DNA of 64,000 nt, taken from the NCBI GenBank assembly GCA_049724395.1, contig JAUGWO010000024.1:124001-188000 (forward strand), in the 5' to 3' direction. Below are positions 39,201 through 50,574 of the stretch, piece after piece. A model generated the notes under the pieces. It was not told the DNA's origin. It saw only the letters and a list, made by a program, of their open reading frames with translations, and searched no databases. The stretch comes from Spongospora subterranea f. sp. subterranea (taxonomy: Eukaryota). The translations under genes were made by a program, and so were the position numbers. Positions within the stretch are counted from its first letter, which is position 1. Each line of letters starts with the position of its first letter.

Positions 39201-40356
39201 TTAGTTCTTGATCTGCAGTTTGTATATGGCGTCTTCAACGCTGCCAGTATGCCGCGAACTGTTCGATTCGGTTTGAATGAGTACTTCTTAGGAGCAATCA
39301 TGTTTTCCAACGGCTGCCATTTTACGGGAACTGTGATTGTGGAGCAAAGTGGCATATATTATGCCGGTTTGATGAAATCCAAAAAACTAAGATGGGTCCG
39401 GCCTGATAACCAGGAAAATGGTTTTTTCGTTTACCAATGCTGGTACGTCAGACGCGGAGATGTAGGGAACTCAAACGTTTGGTTGAAGATCGTCATGAAG
39501 GCGGCACCGAATCCGACAATACGATGAACATGGTGGACCCATTTCTGCAATCGGAAGACGAGATTAATGACACACGACTGATCTTTTAAACCATCTGAAC
39601 TCACATACAATTTCAAAGCAAAAAGGTAAAAAAAAATTCCGGAGGGATTGTCGCTTCTGCCGATGGCAAAACGAGGGATTGTTCCCAGTTGTACAACCTG
39701 TATTGTGCGGTTCGATCGACATCAACGTCGACTTGTCGCAAACAGAGTCATTAACGCCGAAAAAGGGTTGGCGATTCTCTGTGGAAGAAACAGAGCAACT
39801 GGCATCGATGGTATTCGATGACCAAGAGATCCAGGAGTTGGTTTGCGGAATTTTAATAAACCATGTTCTGACCACGAGCTCCAGGGATTGGTTTTCGAAA
39901 TTTGAATGAATCATGTTCATGGTGCATTATGCCACATGGTGGAGGATTTAAATGATCAAAACAGGCCTGATAGTAGTCACGTAAGATTGCATGATGCACC
40001 ATCAACAGGTTTAGTGAATTTCGCATAGCAACCCTGGAGCTCGTGCTCATCGAATACCGTCAATGCGAGTTGCTCTTTTACAAAGGAAACTATCCTCGAC
40101 TGGGCCACATCCACTGGACGTCCTTGCATTGTAGGGCCAAGAAGATTTTTGAACAAACAGTCAGGTTTGAATTGGATTGAACGGTCTACGCCAAACTAGC
40201 AATGACTATTTTGAAATGGGATAGGTTTTCGTCCTCTGTCGCGTTCATGTTTGATATAATGTCTTGGGTGTGTGGTTTATCTGTTTATCTCGGCCGTTAA
40301 ACCACCATTGTCAAATTAACCCCGGATTAATCTAGGGCTGGGTGTGTCTGGGTGTG
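36282..40356 (+). mobile_element. Mutator/MULE-like DNA transposon (GCM-like Zn domain, DDE, USP-like protease domain, C-terminal CxxC), degenerate, with ~50-bp inverted ends
   Basis: Inverted repeats 36282-36330 / 40309-40356 (cacacccagacacacccagccctagatt...). GCM-like: GWAL...KKSLGVYVCP...CPRH..ALQHVSC...HSGFHDH..PHP. DDE-like: LESDSIHG, MTCDFSDAE, FCDVYF, KNTNAQES. Protease-like: NTCPLD and YFLGAIMFSNGCHF...YYAGL. No target-site duplication found. Confidence 0.78.
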
Positions 40357-40591
40357 GACCGTTATTTAAGGTGTCCGGTACTGTACTTCATGACGTGACA
40401 TTTATTGGTGAAACTGCGTGGAGTCGGAGTTGTTCGCTTTCAGTTGTTAACATGAAAACTCCGTGAGTTGGTAATGAGTTGGTGCTGTACGGTACCGATT
40501 AAAATCGTCATACCCGTAAGTCATGAAATCCGTGGGTCCTTATCAAAAAAATTTACTGTACTGTACTTGATTGACCATTCTTTCAACGAAG

Positions 40592-43558
40592 ATGTCCAAA
40601 TTACTGTTTTCAGGAGTGTTGTTCTTACTGGTAGCATTGGGATCTGGTGCCTCAATCCAATGCCAAATATCGCTCAAAGACTTACATGAGGCAATCATCA
40701 AAAAGTCGGTTCAGAGAATTGTTCAACAATTGAAATACTAATCGGAGTATACAGAGAACAAAGAGCTGAGAAATTGGCCCGCATGATTGATGACGAGTGT
40801 ATCGATGCTTTGTATTCCGTTGATGGACACTTTCGTGGGCTGTATTATTGGAACAATTGGGATGCAAGCACTGACCGCTCCTACACCACTACTATTATCA
40901 ATTTGGCACTTCTCTACGACCAGTAAATTCGAGTTGATTTTGATTCTGTTTGATTTTACTGATATAACAATAGGATAAATGTCGTTGAGATTCTGATAAA
41001 GAGAGGGGCCAATCTGTGGACAAAGGATAATTATGGCAATACTGCAATGCATATCGCCTCCTACCGGGGACAGTAATTCCTCATTATGTATTATCGCATA
41101 TTATCTGAAACCTTTACAGCAAAACCGTCGTGATTATGATTTGGAACAAGTTGGAACCGCAGGCTATCAATCAACTGAACAATGGTGGTGCAACTGCACT
41201 CCATCTGGCAGTTTACTATAGGAGGTTGGTCGTATATACTGTTCAAGTCTGATCCCTTTCAATAACTACTACTGTTTTTAGAGCCGATGTCATTGAGGAG
41301 CTGTTGAAAAAATTCGCCAATCCCTTAATCACTGATAACTATGGGAATACAGCACTGCACCTGGCAATAGATAAGGCCCGGTATTTTGGTGCAGAGTTAA
41401 TTTTTATGATAATTGATGCGGCGAGGCAACATACGATCAATAATTTGGGCCAGAATGTGATGACCGACCCCTCTTCGTTTTCAAGTCCAAACATGATTCA
41501 TGGTGGCCGGTATATGTTGTGAACAGGCTTGTCGAAATGATTGAAATTACTGATTTGATCTCACAGGGACAGAGATATCATCCGTAAGGCGATGTTGGAA
41601 TTCATCAATCTCAAGAACCATCGTGGAAAAACTGCTTTATTGATCGCTATTACACTTGATTGTTCTGTCGAAATTGTCGAATTGCTGTTAGGGAATGGAG
41701 CCGATCCCAGGATTGGGGATAGTAATGGGAACACAGCACTGGGATTGGCAATAGTGTATAATCGGTAGATTAAACTGTTCAAATTGTTCATCTATGAATG
41801 CTCGAGATTTCACAGAGGTGTTAATATGATTTCTGCAATAACTACTCCGGCGAGGCAACAAAATGTACAGAATGTGATGACGGGTCCCTCAGTATGGTCA
41901 AGTCCAAACTTGGGTCAACATGGCCGGTATTTATTGTGAACAGGTGTGTCGGAAGGAATAATTGAAATCGCTGATTTGATCACAGGGACAGACTTATGAC
42001 CAGTGCGTCGATGTTGGAATTCATCAATAGCAGGAACCCTCGTGGAAAATCTGCTCTCAACCTCGCTATTACAAATGATTGTCCTGTCGAAACCGTCCAA
42101 TGTTTGTTAAAGAATGGAGCAGATCCCAGGATTTGTGATAATCAGGGGAACACAGCACTGGCAGTCGCAATAATGTATGAACGGTAAACTAAAGTGTTCA
42201 AATCGTTCATTTATCAAATAACTGATCGAGATCTCATAGAAGTGTAAATTTTATTTCTGCAATGATTACTGCGGCGAGGCAACAAATTATGCATAATCTG
42301 GGACAGAATGTGATGACGGACCCCTCTTCGTGTTCCAGTCCAAACTTGGATCATGATGGCCGGTAATTATTGTGAACAGGTGTGTCGAAATGATTGAACT
42401 GCTGATTTGATCTCACAGGGACAGGGATATCATCCGTGAGGCGATGTTGGAATTCAACAATATCAAGAACCATCGTGGAATAACTGCTTTATTGATCGTT
42501 ATCCAAAATTATTGTTCTGTCGAAATTGTCGAATTGCTGTTAGAGAATGGAGCCGATCCCAGGATTGGGGATAGTAATGGGAACACAGCACTGGGCCTCG
42601 CAATAATATATAATCGGTAGATTAAACTGTTCAAATTGTTCATTTATCAAATAACTAGGTCACCCGAGATCTCACAGAGGTGTTGATATTGTTTCTGCAA
42701 TAATTACTCCGGCAAGGCAACAAAATATACAGAATGTGATGACGGGTCCCTCAGTATGGTCAAGTCCAAACTTGGGTCAAAATGGCCGGTATTTATTGTG
42801 AACAGGTGTGTCGGAAGGAATAATTGAAATTGCTGATTGGATCACAGGGACAGAGTTATAACCCGTGAGTCGATGTTGGAATTCATCAATAGCAGGAACC
42901 CTCGTGGAAAATCTGCTCTCTACCTCGCTATTACAAATGATTGTCCTGTCGAAACCATCAAAATTCTTTTAGAACACGATGCCGATCCCAGGATTCCTGA
43001 TAATAATGGGGAGACGGCACTGGACCTCGCTATACAGAATGAACGGTATATTGAACTGTTCAAAATTTTCCTATGTCAAAATAACTGATCGAGATCTCAC
43101 AGACATGACTCGATCACTGAGATAGTCAACGCGGTGAGGAATATGCCAAAGCTACATTTTCTTCAAAATGGGATGACACGTCCCTTGTATTCCGGTCTCA
43201 TTAAACATTTGATTGGTCATCCCCTGTATCTTCCTCACATGTAGTCCTACACATTGAAATTGGCTGATTTGATCTCCCAGGCCGATTGATGTAATCTCTG
43301 TTATATTCGCTGACGACATGATCAATCGGTGGAAGAAAAGTGCCAAAAATGCTCTCGTTTGGGCAGAGTCGGCAAAGCGGTTGGTCTTGGCCTGGTCAAA
43401 GAACTAGATTATTAGTGCTAATCTGACGCATCTGCAGGGACGATCTTGCTAACTCTCTGAAGATAATATGCGACATCACTGAAACTGGCACACCAATTGA
43501 TGCCTCAAAACAATTGCCCATTGTCATCAAGGATTGCAAAGCTAATTTGATAAACTAG
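40592..43558 (+). CDS. Secreted ankyrin-repeat protein (candidate effector), multi-exon
   Basis: MSKLLFSGVLFLLVALGSGA signal-like start; repeats GANLWTKDNYGNTAMHIA, NNGGATALHLAV, DNYGNTALHLAI, GADPRIGDSNGNTALGLAI and others. GT-AG introns chain exons to TAG at 43556-43558; the early exons are less certain. Confidence 0.85.
41420..43100 (+). repeat. Four tandem ~420-433-bp two-exon units in ABAB order inside the ankyrin gene
   Basis: cagggacag anchors at ~41563, 41982, 42416 and 42845. Units 1 and 3 share CSVEIVELL..NGADPRIGDSNG; units 2 and 4 share NSRNPRGKSAL..AITNDCPVET. Confidence 0.92.
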
Positions 43559-44201
43559 TGGCGTTTGAAACTGCATTTTTCAACAGGATCACCTTGCAAG
43601 TTGAAAGACTATTGATTATGCCCCCCAATTGTCCAATAGACTACTTCGACCGTCGTGACTGACTTTATTTTATTTATTCTTTTATGATTAGGTTCGGCAT
43701 TTGAGGCCAGATGTGTAGGAGTACCCAAATCTACCATAAGTCCCATGGTCGGTGCCATCTTACGCCACGTTCAGACAGTACAGCTATTAGTTTGTCATTT
43801 CGTGTTTAGATATGCAGGTGTCCTCATTCGACAACCCATTTATTACTCAAGTTGTGCAGCCAGAATCGCACTTTGACGTCTACAGTTCGCCACCGTTTGT
43901 GAAAGGCGATGGAGGAGAACCGGCGAAATGTCGCAAATTGACACTTTCAGTAAACAGTCCAGTTTGAATGTTGTTTATTTTAGATAGGTTCTCGAACAAA
44001 ATTCATTGGTCGGGTCAATTTTGATGAAACCGAGAGGTTGTAGAAAACGAAATCACAAATTTCATTGAAAACTGAAAAGACAAAGAGCCACATTTTGTTG
44101 ATTTTTTCACAGGAAACTATGTGCATCGTAAAGAGCAATGGGCTGTTTGCTACCGGGATTCTTCCATTCCCGAAACAACGGTTCATGCTGAAGCGTTCCA
44201 C

Positions 44202-44292
44202 AATTTGCTGAAAAAAAAAGTGAAAATTTGCTGAAAAAAAAAGTGAAATTTGCTGAAAAAAAAAGTGAAATTTGCTGAAAAAAAAAGTGAAA
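44202..44292 (+). repeat. Tandem repeat aatttgctgaaaaaaaaagtga(a), 4 copies, abutting a pogo TIR
   Basis: Directly visible 22-23-bp unit. Confidence 0.9.
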
Positions 44293-44810
44293 CCTCCATA
44301 TAAGGTACACCCAATTTGCTCCAAAATCGATTATTTTGTACCTTATGGAGTGGTGTGCACCTAAGGCGGAATGCGCGGCCGGGCAACGGGCTGCGCACGC
44401 GGGGTCGCGCTCACGTGCCCTTTTTTCCACCCATCTCACCTCCGTTCTACAGCTGCTTGATGCTGGCATTATCCGAAGCTTGAAAGCTTTGTCGCGAAAA
44501 TTCGAAGTGCTTACCCTGCTCGACTTAATGCAGGACACGTCGGTTCATCGGTATTCCACTATTCATTGGGCGCGGCCATCGGTTCGATCCGAGTTCGACA
44601 TTTGAAAGATCCAAATGGACCATATATAGATTAGCGTAGGTAACTCCGTGGCCAACCAAGGGTGTACTTTGCGTACTTGACAGAGTTTGTACTTTTTATA
44701 GAGAGGTTTTATTATGGAAATCCGGGGGTTTGCTATTTTGAAAAAAAAATCGTACCATATATGGAACTGTACCTTTTATGGGCTGTACCTTATATGGAGG
44801 TTTCACTGTA
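44286..44810 (+). mobile_element. Non-autonomous pogo/Tigger-like (Tc1/mariner superfamily) deletion derivative
   Basis: TIRs (c)agtgaaacctccatataaggtac at 44286 and gtaccttatatggaggtttcactg|TA at 44785-44810. Internal LTSVLQLLDAGIIRSLKA matches the pogo DDE_1 motif TSxLQPLDxGIIxSFK. Confidence 0.88.
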
Positions 44811-45623
44811 CTCAAACAAGAGAAATCGATATATGAGAACGCTAAGTTGAAATATAGTAAGGGTTGCCTTGATACTCCATGCAGCCGTTAGTATACACGG
44901 AGTCCGAATCCCTCTCATCTCTAAATCACATACAATAAATCATTTTCCGAGAGTTTTGATGAAAAAGCATGTTTTTCAGATTGGTTTTTCCAGATTACGG
45001 ATTAAATACGTATTCGTCGTAACCTTACGAATTGAAAAAGCATGCATCTATAGTCACATCGCCTTGAGACCAACCTGATCCTTGCTGTTGACGTTGCGTG
45101 AAAGATTTTTCAACTCTACCGGAACGAGCAAAAATTTTATGCACGTTTTCGACGCCGGGTTGTGATCGATTCTGAGTTCATGATTTTTCGGAAGTAATAA
45201 GCAATTGGGACGGGGTCGGGTTCGAGTCGAATTCAACGGGATTATGATTGTTTCCGTTCGGATTTGGTTTCGGGGCGGGTGATAGTGACCACAGGGTGGC
45301 GGGTCAACGTTCGGTAATTTCAACCCATCCTGTTCTGTCTACAGAACCGGTTGAGATCGTGTTGTTGAAGATCAATTTCTTGACCTTTTAACGTCCTGTA
45401 TTACCCTACTGCTGTTATGGGTAATGGCTCTGCTTGTTTCAAATCGTACTCCTACGTCAGCATCGAAAACACAGCAACGATGTATGGACGGCCATCAAAA
45501 GCTATTTTTGGTTGGCTGACGCATGTTTACTGCATGGTCGATCAATGTCCATGACCCGATCCGAACCGATCCGGACTTCCCCATCAAGTCCGAATTCGTC
45601 ATTCCGTTAAATTCCCAGGGGCA

Positions 45624-46890
45624 ATGTCTCGTTCTTCTGCAGTTCTCTGCCTTTCCATCTTGACATTATTCGGTCTATCCTATGCTGGGTTCATTGGTTC
45701 CTCCACCTCCAATACCCTATCTGAGATTCAGCCAGCAAATGAACCTTTCGCAGCCGATCATGCACTCGTCAGCAATGACGATCGGGATTCCCGGCCCGTT
45801 TGCTGGCACCTGCAACCTCTACACGAAGATGTGCTCCAACAAACCGACGTACTCACGACGCTATTAGAGCAGCTATATTCCAAAACGATGGACGACATGT
45901 TATTACTGCTCGATCACTTTAAAGATGTGCCATTTGCTGATTTGGGTCATATCATAATGAGGTTCACTGGCCCTCTAGTCGATCACCAGAGGTTATTAAA
46001 GAAGGCCCTGGAGTGTAAACGGTCTGAACAATGTTGCCATTGCCACAATGATCTGATCCCCTCAATAGGGTCGATGTGGTTTATGAATTGATTATGTGGA
46101 GAGAAAATCGTGTTGATGTCAACACCAAAGTAGGAGGCTGTACACCATTGATATTGGCCTGTCAAAAATCCCAGTCAGTTTTACAATGCTCATATCCATT
46201 TCTCGCTATCCAACACTAGTTTCGTTTAGTACCGGTTTATTTCAGCTGCTTTTTAACAAAGTAAAAGAAGGCGACGATGACGCTTATCAGTACGTCCCAT
46301 TGTGCTGCCGAAAAGATTTTCATCCCGAACTGGATTTCAAACATGTTCCAAACCCTCCGATTCAAGATCCTACTATGGTTCTACCAATATACCCTATTTC
46401 TGACCTCCATAAACGAATGGTCAACTACGCTTCCAGCTTTTTCTTCTGGCAGCTTTCTCGTATGGTCGAACTTATAAACGTTTGTGGGGACCTGCCCATT
46501 GTAGACTTCTATGAGGTGCTGAAATCATGGGCCGGCAACGACCGTACTATCACGGTTCGCGGCCTGCGAAAACTCACTCTCGCTGCGATCCGCAAGAACC
46601 GGTTTGATTCATCACTAATTCACATCGATTGTTCTGATGGCATTTGACCAGGGTGGACGCGATTTTGTGGCTCGTTACGCTCAAGCGTGAGGGTCTAGAA
46701 TTCGATCGAGAGACTCTCGCCAAACTGCACGAGTTTGAACAGACACAGCTGGGACATCGTCCTCCTTCGGATCCGTTGCGCACGATTATTTCAGAATTGC
46801 CAGGTAAACCCAAACCGTAAGTTTATCGCTCATTCGAATCCCCGCCTTTTGATGTGTTTTGGTTTAGCGTTCCATCTCGTCAACAACTAG
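45624..46890 (+). CDS. Candidate secreted protein, paralog of 30824, with one ankyrin-like motif (frameshifts or introns unresolved)
   Basis: MSRSSAVLCLSILTLFGLSYAG; VDVNTKVGGCTPLILAC near 46110-46165; ORF 46186-46647 is homologous to the 31.6-kb region. Confidence 0.6.
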
Positions 46891-47096
46891 AAATATCGGG
46901 ACGGTTAGTCTCCGATTGAGCAAACTGAACTATTTATATATTGACCGTGATGTCCAATTAGTCATCACTCGTCGATTTCCTGTTTGGAATGTCTCGCGTG
47001 CTGTCAGGGCCCCAGTCGTAAGCAATATTCATCCCCTTTTACACATACGTATCTGATCACTCTCGTGAAGGTCGAGCGTCTGATTTTTTTGATGAC

Positions 47097-47789
47097 ATGT
47101 TCTGGTTTTCGTATTACAGGGGCCCTAGCTCTTGCGACATATGCGAAAGTTGTGCCTCTGGAGTTTCGAACATAGCTCATGCTTGCTGCAGGGAGATTTC
47201 CTCTGACGTGGCATGTTTATCACGCGCGGCGCTCTCTGTGGCCCATTTTACAACAAGAGTGGCTTGCGCTGAGTTGCGTTGCCTCAAAGACATCGCTTGC
47301 GCTGAGCTGACAATCTGTGATCATTTCTTGCATTGCCTTTGGGGCTCGGCACAAGCTTGCGCTGGCGCTGCTGGAAGTTGCCTTAGCGGGCTCTGTCAGA
47401 ATACTGGGCATTTGTGCGACGGTTGCTGTTCAGGATCGGGAGGCGGCCGTTCTTCGTCAGGGGGTGATGGAGAGGCGGTCGCCGCGGTGGGAACTGGGGG
47501 ATGTGTTGGATGTGCTGGATGCTGCCATTGGATTCACAATCTCTGTTGCGGTCACGCTAGTCAGCCGACCCACGATATCGTATCGCACTTGATTCGCGAG
47601 GTGTCGACCAAGTTCGCCATCTCCCATATGGCCGCTCACTCGACGTCACTCGCCGTTGCCTCTCCCGTGATCGCCGCTTCAGCTGCTGTTTCGGCTCCAG
47701 TCGGCGCCGGTCTTCTTCATATTGTTCCGATACTTCTTTGTTCAGTAGCACATATCAGCGTGATGGTTTGCAGTCGCAGTGATGAATAA
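47097..47789 (+). CDS. Cysteine-rich protein (25 Cys in 230 aa) with hydrophobic C-terminus; true start probably in an upstream exon
   Basis: ORF track translation; CC/CxxC clusters, internal repeat VACAELRC/IACAELTIC; upstream CLECLACCQGPS followed by a GTAAG donor at ~47017. Confidence 0.6.
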   Translation: MFWFSYYRGPSSCDICESCASGVSNIAHACCREISSDVACLSRAALSVAHFTTRVACAELRCLKDIACAELTICDHFLHCLWGSAQACAGAAGSCLSGLCQNTGHLCDGCCSGSGGGRSSSGGDGEAVAAVGTGGCVGCAGCCHWIHNLCCGHASQPTHDIVSHLIREVSTKFAISHMAAHSTSLAVASPVIAASAAVSAPVGAGLLHIVPILLCSVAHISVMVCSRSDE

Positions 47790-48384
47790 ATTGTGGGCCA
47801 GATCCGGCTTTTTCTCGATGGTGTTCCAGTGTTTATCAAGTAGCTTGTGCCGGTTCGCGCAACCTAAAACATTATGAGCGGTGCATTGCTCTTTCTGACT
47901 TGCATCTTCTCCTCTTTGCCGTCAATCCTTGAGCATCCTCTAAGAAGTATCGGGCAATTGATCCTGAATCTGAAAATGAAACCTCTCAATCAATCAATAT
48001 CTGAGACTGGAATTAGGATGACCCGAGAATCAATAGTTCATCGGAACACAAATTTTTTGCCAAAAGTATCAGTCGTCTCAAGATTTTTGAAAGTTATCAA
48101 TCAACTCTAACATGCCGCATGGGGGTTGTTGAGAGTCCCATTGCTGGTTTAAATTGTTAATCAGTTCATTGCCATTGTTCATGAGATGGTGCAGGCGCGA
48201 TGACCCACGTGCACCAGCTAATCAAAGCGATCCCAACCAAGGGCGGTTATCCAACGTCATGTTGTTCAGTGTCGTGATTCGCCATTTCCTCTGTTTTTCA
48301 ACCTTCTCTAGAGCCAAAAAATAAATGAATCGCCGCTTGTACTAGAACCAGTTCCATTTCAGATTCGGCCGATCGGTGTGGTAT

Positions 48385-49450
48385 TAACCGCCATCACGTT
48401 AACGAGTACGTTCTTTGAGAGGTTCATCTGTGTGTATGGATGTCCAAGACGAACTCTTACTGACCAGGGACATGGATGTCCAAGACGAACTCTTACTGAC
48501 CAGGGACAGAACATCATGTCGGTTGCTTTGGCAGAACTGACCAAACTGCTTTGGATACATCAGATGAGGCCAACGGCGTACAGTCTAAATTCAAATGGTT
48601 TTCGTTGGAAAGAATGCACGGGTTTCTAGTGCAACAATTACGTGCTCTGCTATCAAGATCGACCCATCGAAACTTGTATCAACACGTGCCTGGAATCATG
48701 TTCGCGTTCGTACAGGTGTCTCAAGAAGTTTAAAAGATACTCCATACCATTTACCATTTGGACGAGATCCTATCTTACTCTCGGATCTCATGATAACTGA
48801 AAATATGAATGCTATCTCGCCCATAGGGACTTTTCGTCTTCAACAAGGTCTGGTGGTCAGAAGGCGTAATAACCGATTCAATCGCGGAAGGAAGTTGGTT
48901 GATTACAAGGTTGGAGGTTTGGTCGACCGTCATTCTCCAGCTGTTCCCAAAGCAGTTATTAAGAAGCTTCATCGTCATTGGAGTGGACCGTGGCGTGATA
49001 CTTAAGTGCTAATTGATATTCTGTATCGAGTTCGAGACACCATGAATGGCAAGGAGGTTGTATTACATGTTCAAGGGATGCGACATGTTGGGAAATTTCA
49101 ACAGGGCTCTTCCGGTTCTGATACAGTTGCGCACGAAGCTGAAAACCGAGTTGACGCGGTGCCGGGTATGAAGTCGAGGAGAGAAGGCACGGCGTGGAGT
49201 ACGAGAAGGTTATTAAGTGGAAAGGATATGATGCATTGTGGAACCAACTCAACGATGCTGCGTTAGCGGCAATTCCTAACTTGTCGGTGCGAAAGAAGAC
49301 GACGGCGGTTTCTAATTACCTCCTCCTCGTCTTGGGGTGGTATGTTGGTGGAACGCCAGTTGACGTCACGAGGATGACTTCACAGGGTGATGTTGAAGTC
49401 CCAAATTCTGGATGAGTTACTTGAGTACAATGAAGTTTTCTTTTGCTCTT
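48385..49450 (+). mobile_element. Ty3/gypsy integrase and chromodomain relic with PPT and start of 3' LTR
   Basis: FICVYGCPRRTLTDQG (36-bp tandem duplication), TAYSLNSNG..ERMH, TPYHLPFGRDP, KKLHRHWSGPW, IKWKGYD; ggggtggta|TGTTGG at ~49342. Confidence 0.88.
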
Positions 49451-49559
49451 TCATGCGATCCACCTGATGATGATATTGGCAACCATCGACATTCATCAAG
49501 TGAATCACCCAATTCCTCTCTATTGATTGTCGAGTAAAGAAAGAGTGAAAGAAAACTGT

Positions 49560-49900
49560 ATAACACTCAATTAACTCAATGGGTATTACTCCAGGAATTC
49601 GGACGTTCATCATCACCCTGTGGAGTCATCTTCTTTACGTCGACTGGCGTTCCTCCAAAAATACCTCCCCAAGACGAGGAGATATTAACAAAAACCTCAG
49701 TCGTCTTTTTTCGCACCGACACGTTAGGCCGCTAACGCAGCATCGTTGAGCATAGAGATTGGTTTCCATGTGTTATACAATTCAACATATCCTTTCCACT
49801 TAATGAAAACTTCTCGTACTCCACGTGGTGTCCTCTGTTTCGCGGGTAGATCTCTGGATAGCCGAGCGATGGTTGCAACTTTGACCTGATGATAATCATC
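49560..49900 (-). mobile_element. Inverted, diverged second copy of the chromodomain/PPT/LTR end (tail-to-tail with 48385-49450)
   Basis: REVFIKWKGYVELYNTWKP...LNDAALAA; tcctcgtcttgggg and ggaacgccagt.gacgt are shared in reverse complement. Confidence 0.8.
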
Positions 49901-50574
49901 CCGACGGACAGTATGGCCTTCTGTTTTTTTTTTGCCAAAACGTTCTTTCCATGGTGGGCAAATCGATTTTTTTGTTCTCTGTCGGGCTCCTTTTGGCACG
50001 GGAGCAGTGCTGGCATAATTGAGGTGTCAATAGCATGGATTGCATTGGTCGGGATTCGGAAGCACACCATCGAGTGAACACATCAGCCTTGACGATCATT
50101 GCGCCAACAACATGCTCCTGCAATCGTCAACAGACGCTAGTCCCAATCACATTCACCTTTTTGGGTCTATGAGCAATCAGCAGTGTTATTGGATCAACGC
50201 ATGTATATCGCCGATTCGATCACGAACGGTTTTTCGCTTTCAGATCCGTTATCAACCGTTTTGTGGATAGTCTCCTTAGATGCGAACGCCGTTGCACCCG
50301 TTCGCCTTCCTAGATGCAACAATGCAGCAGTGGGCGACGCTGAGTTGAGGGAATGGCGATTGGAGACGTTTTGCCCGTCCAACACTATGTTTCAGTCCCA
50401 ATATCACTATAATTATAACTGTCTGTAGGGACTTCCTCAAAGTAGCGTATGCCATATCATATCTCGCCTCAAAATTCAGGGAAATATCTACGCTGTTTTT
50501 TCCCCAAACGATTTCACACGCCAAAAACCACGATCGCTGTCACCGTACTAGTAAAGGGAGACGCCGACAATACA

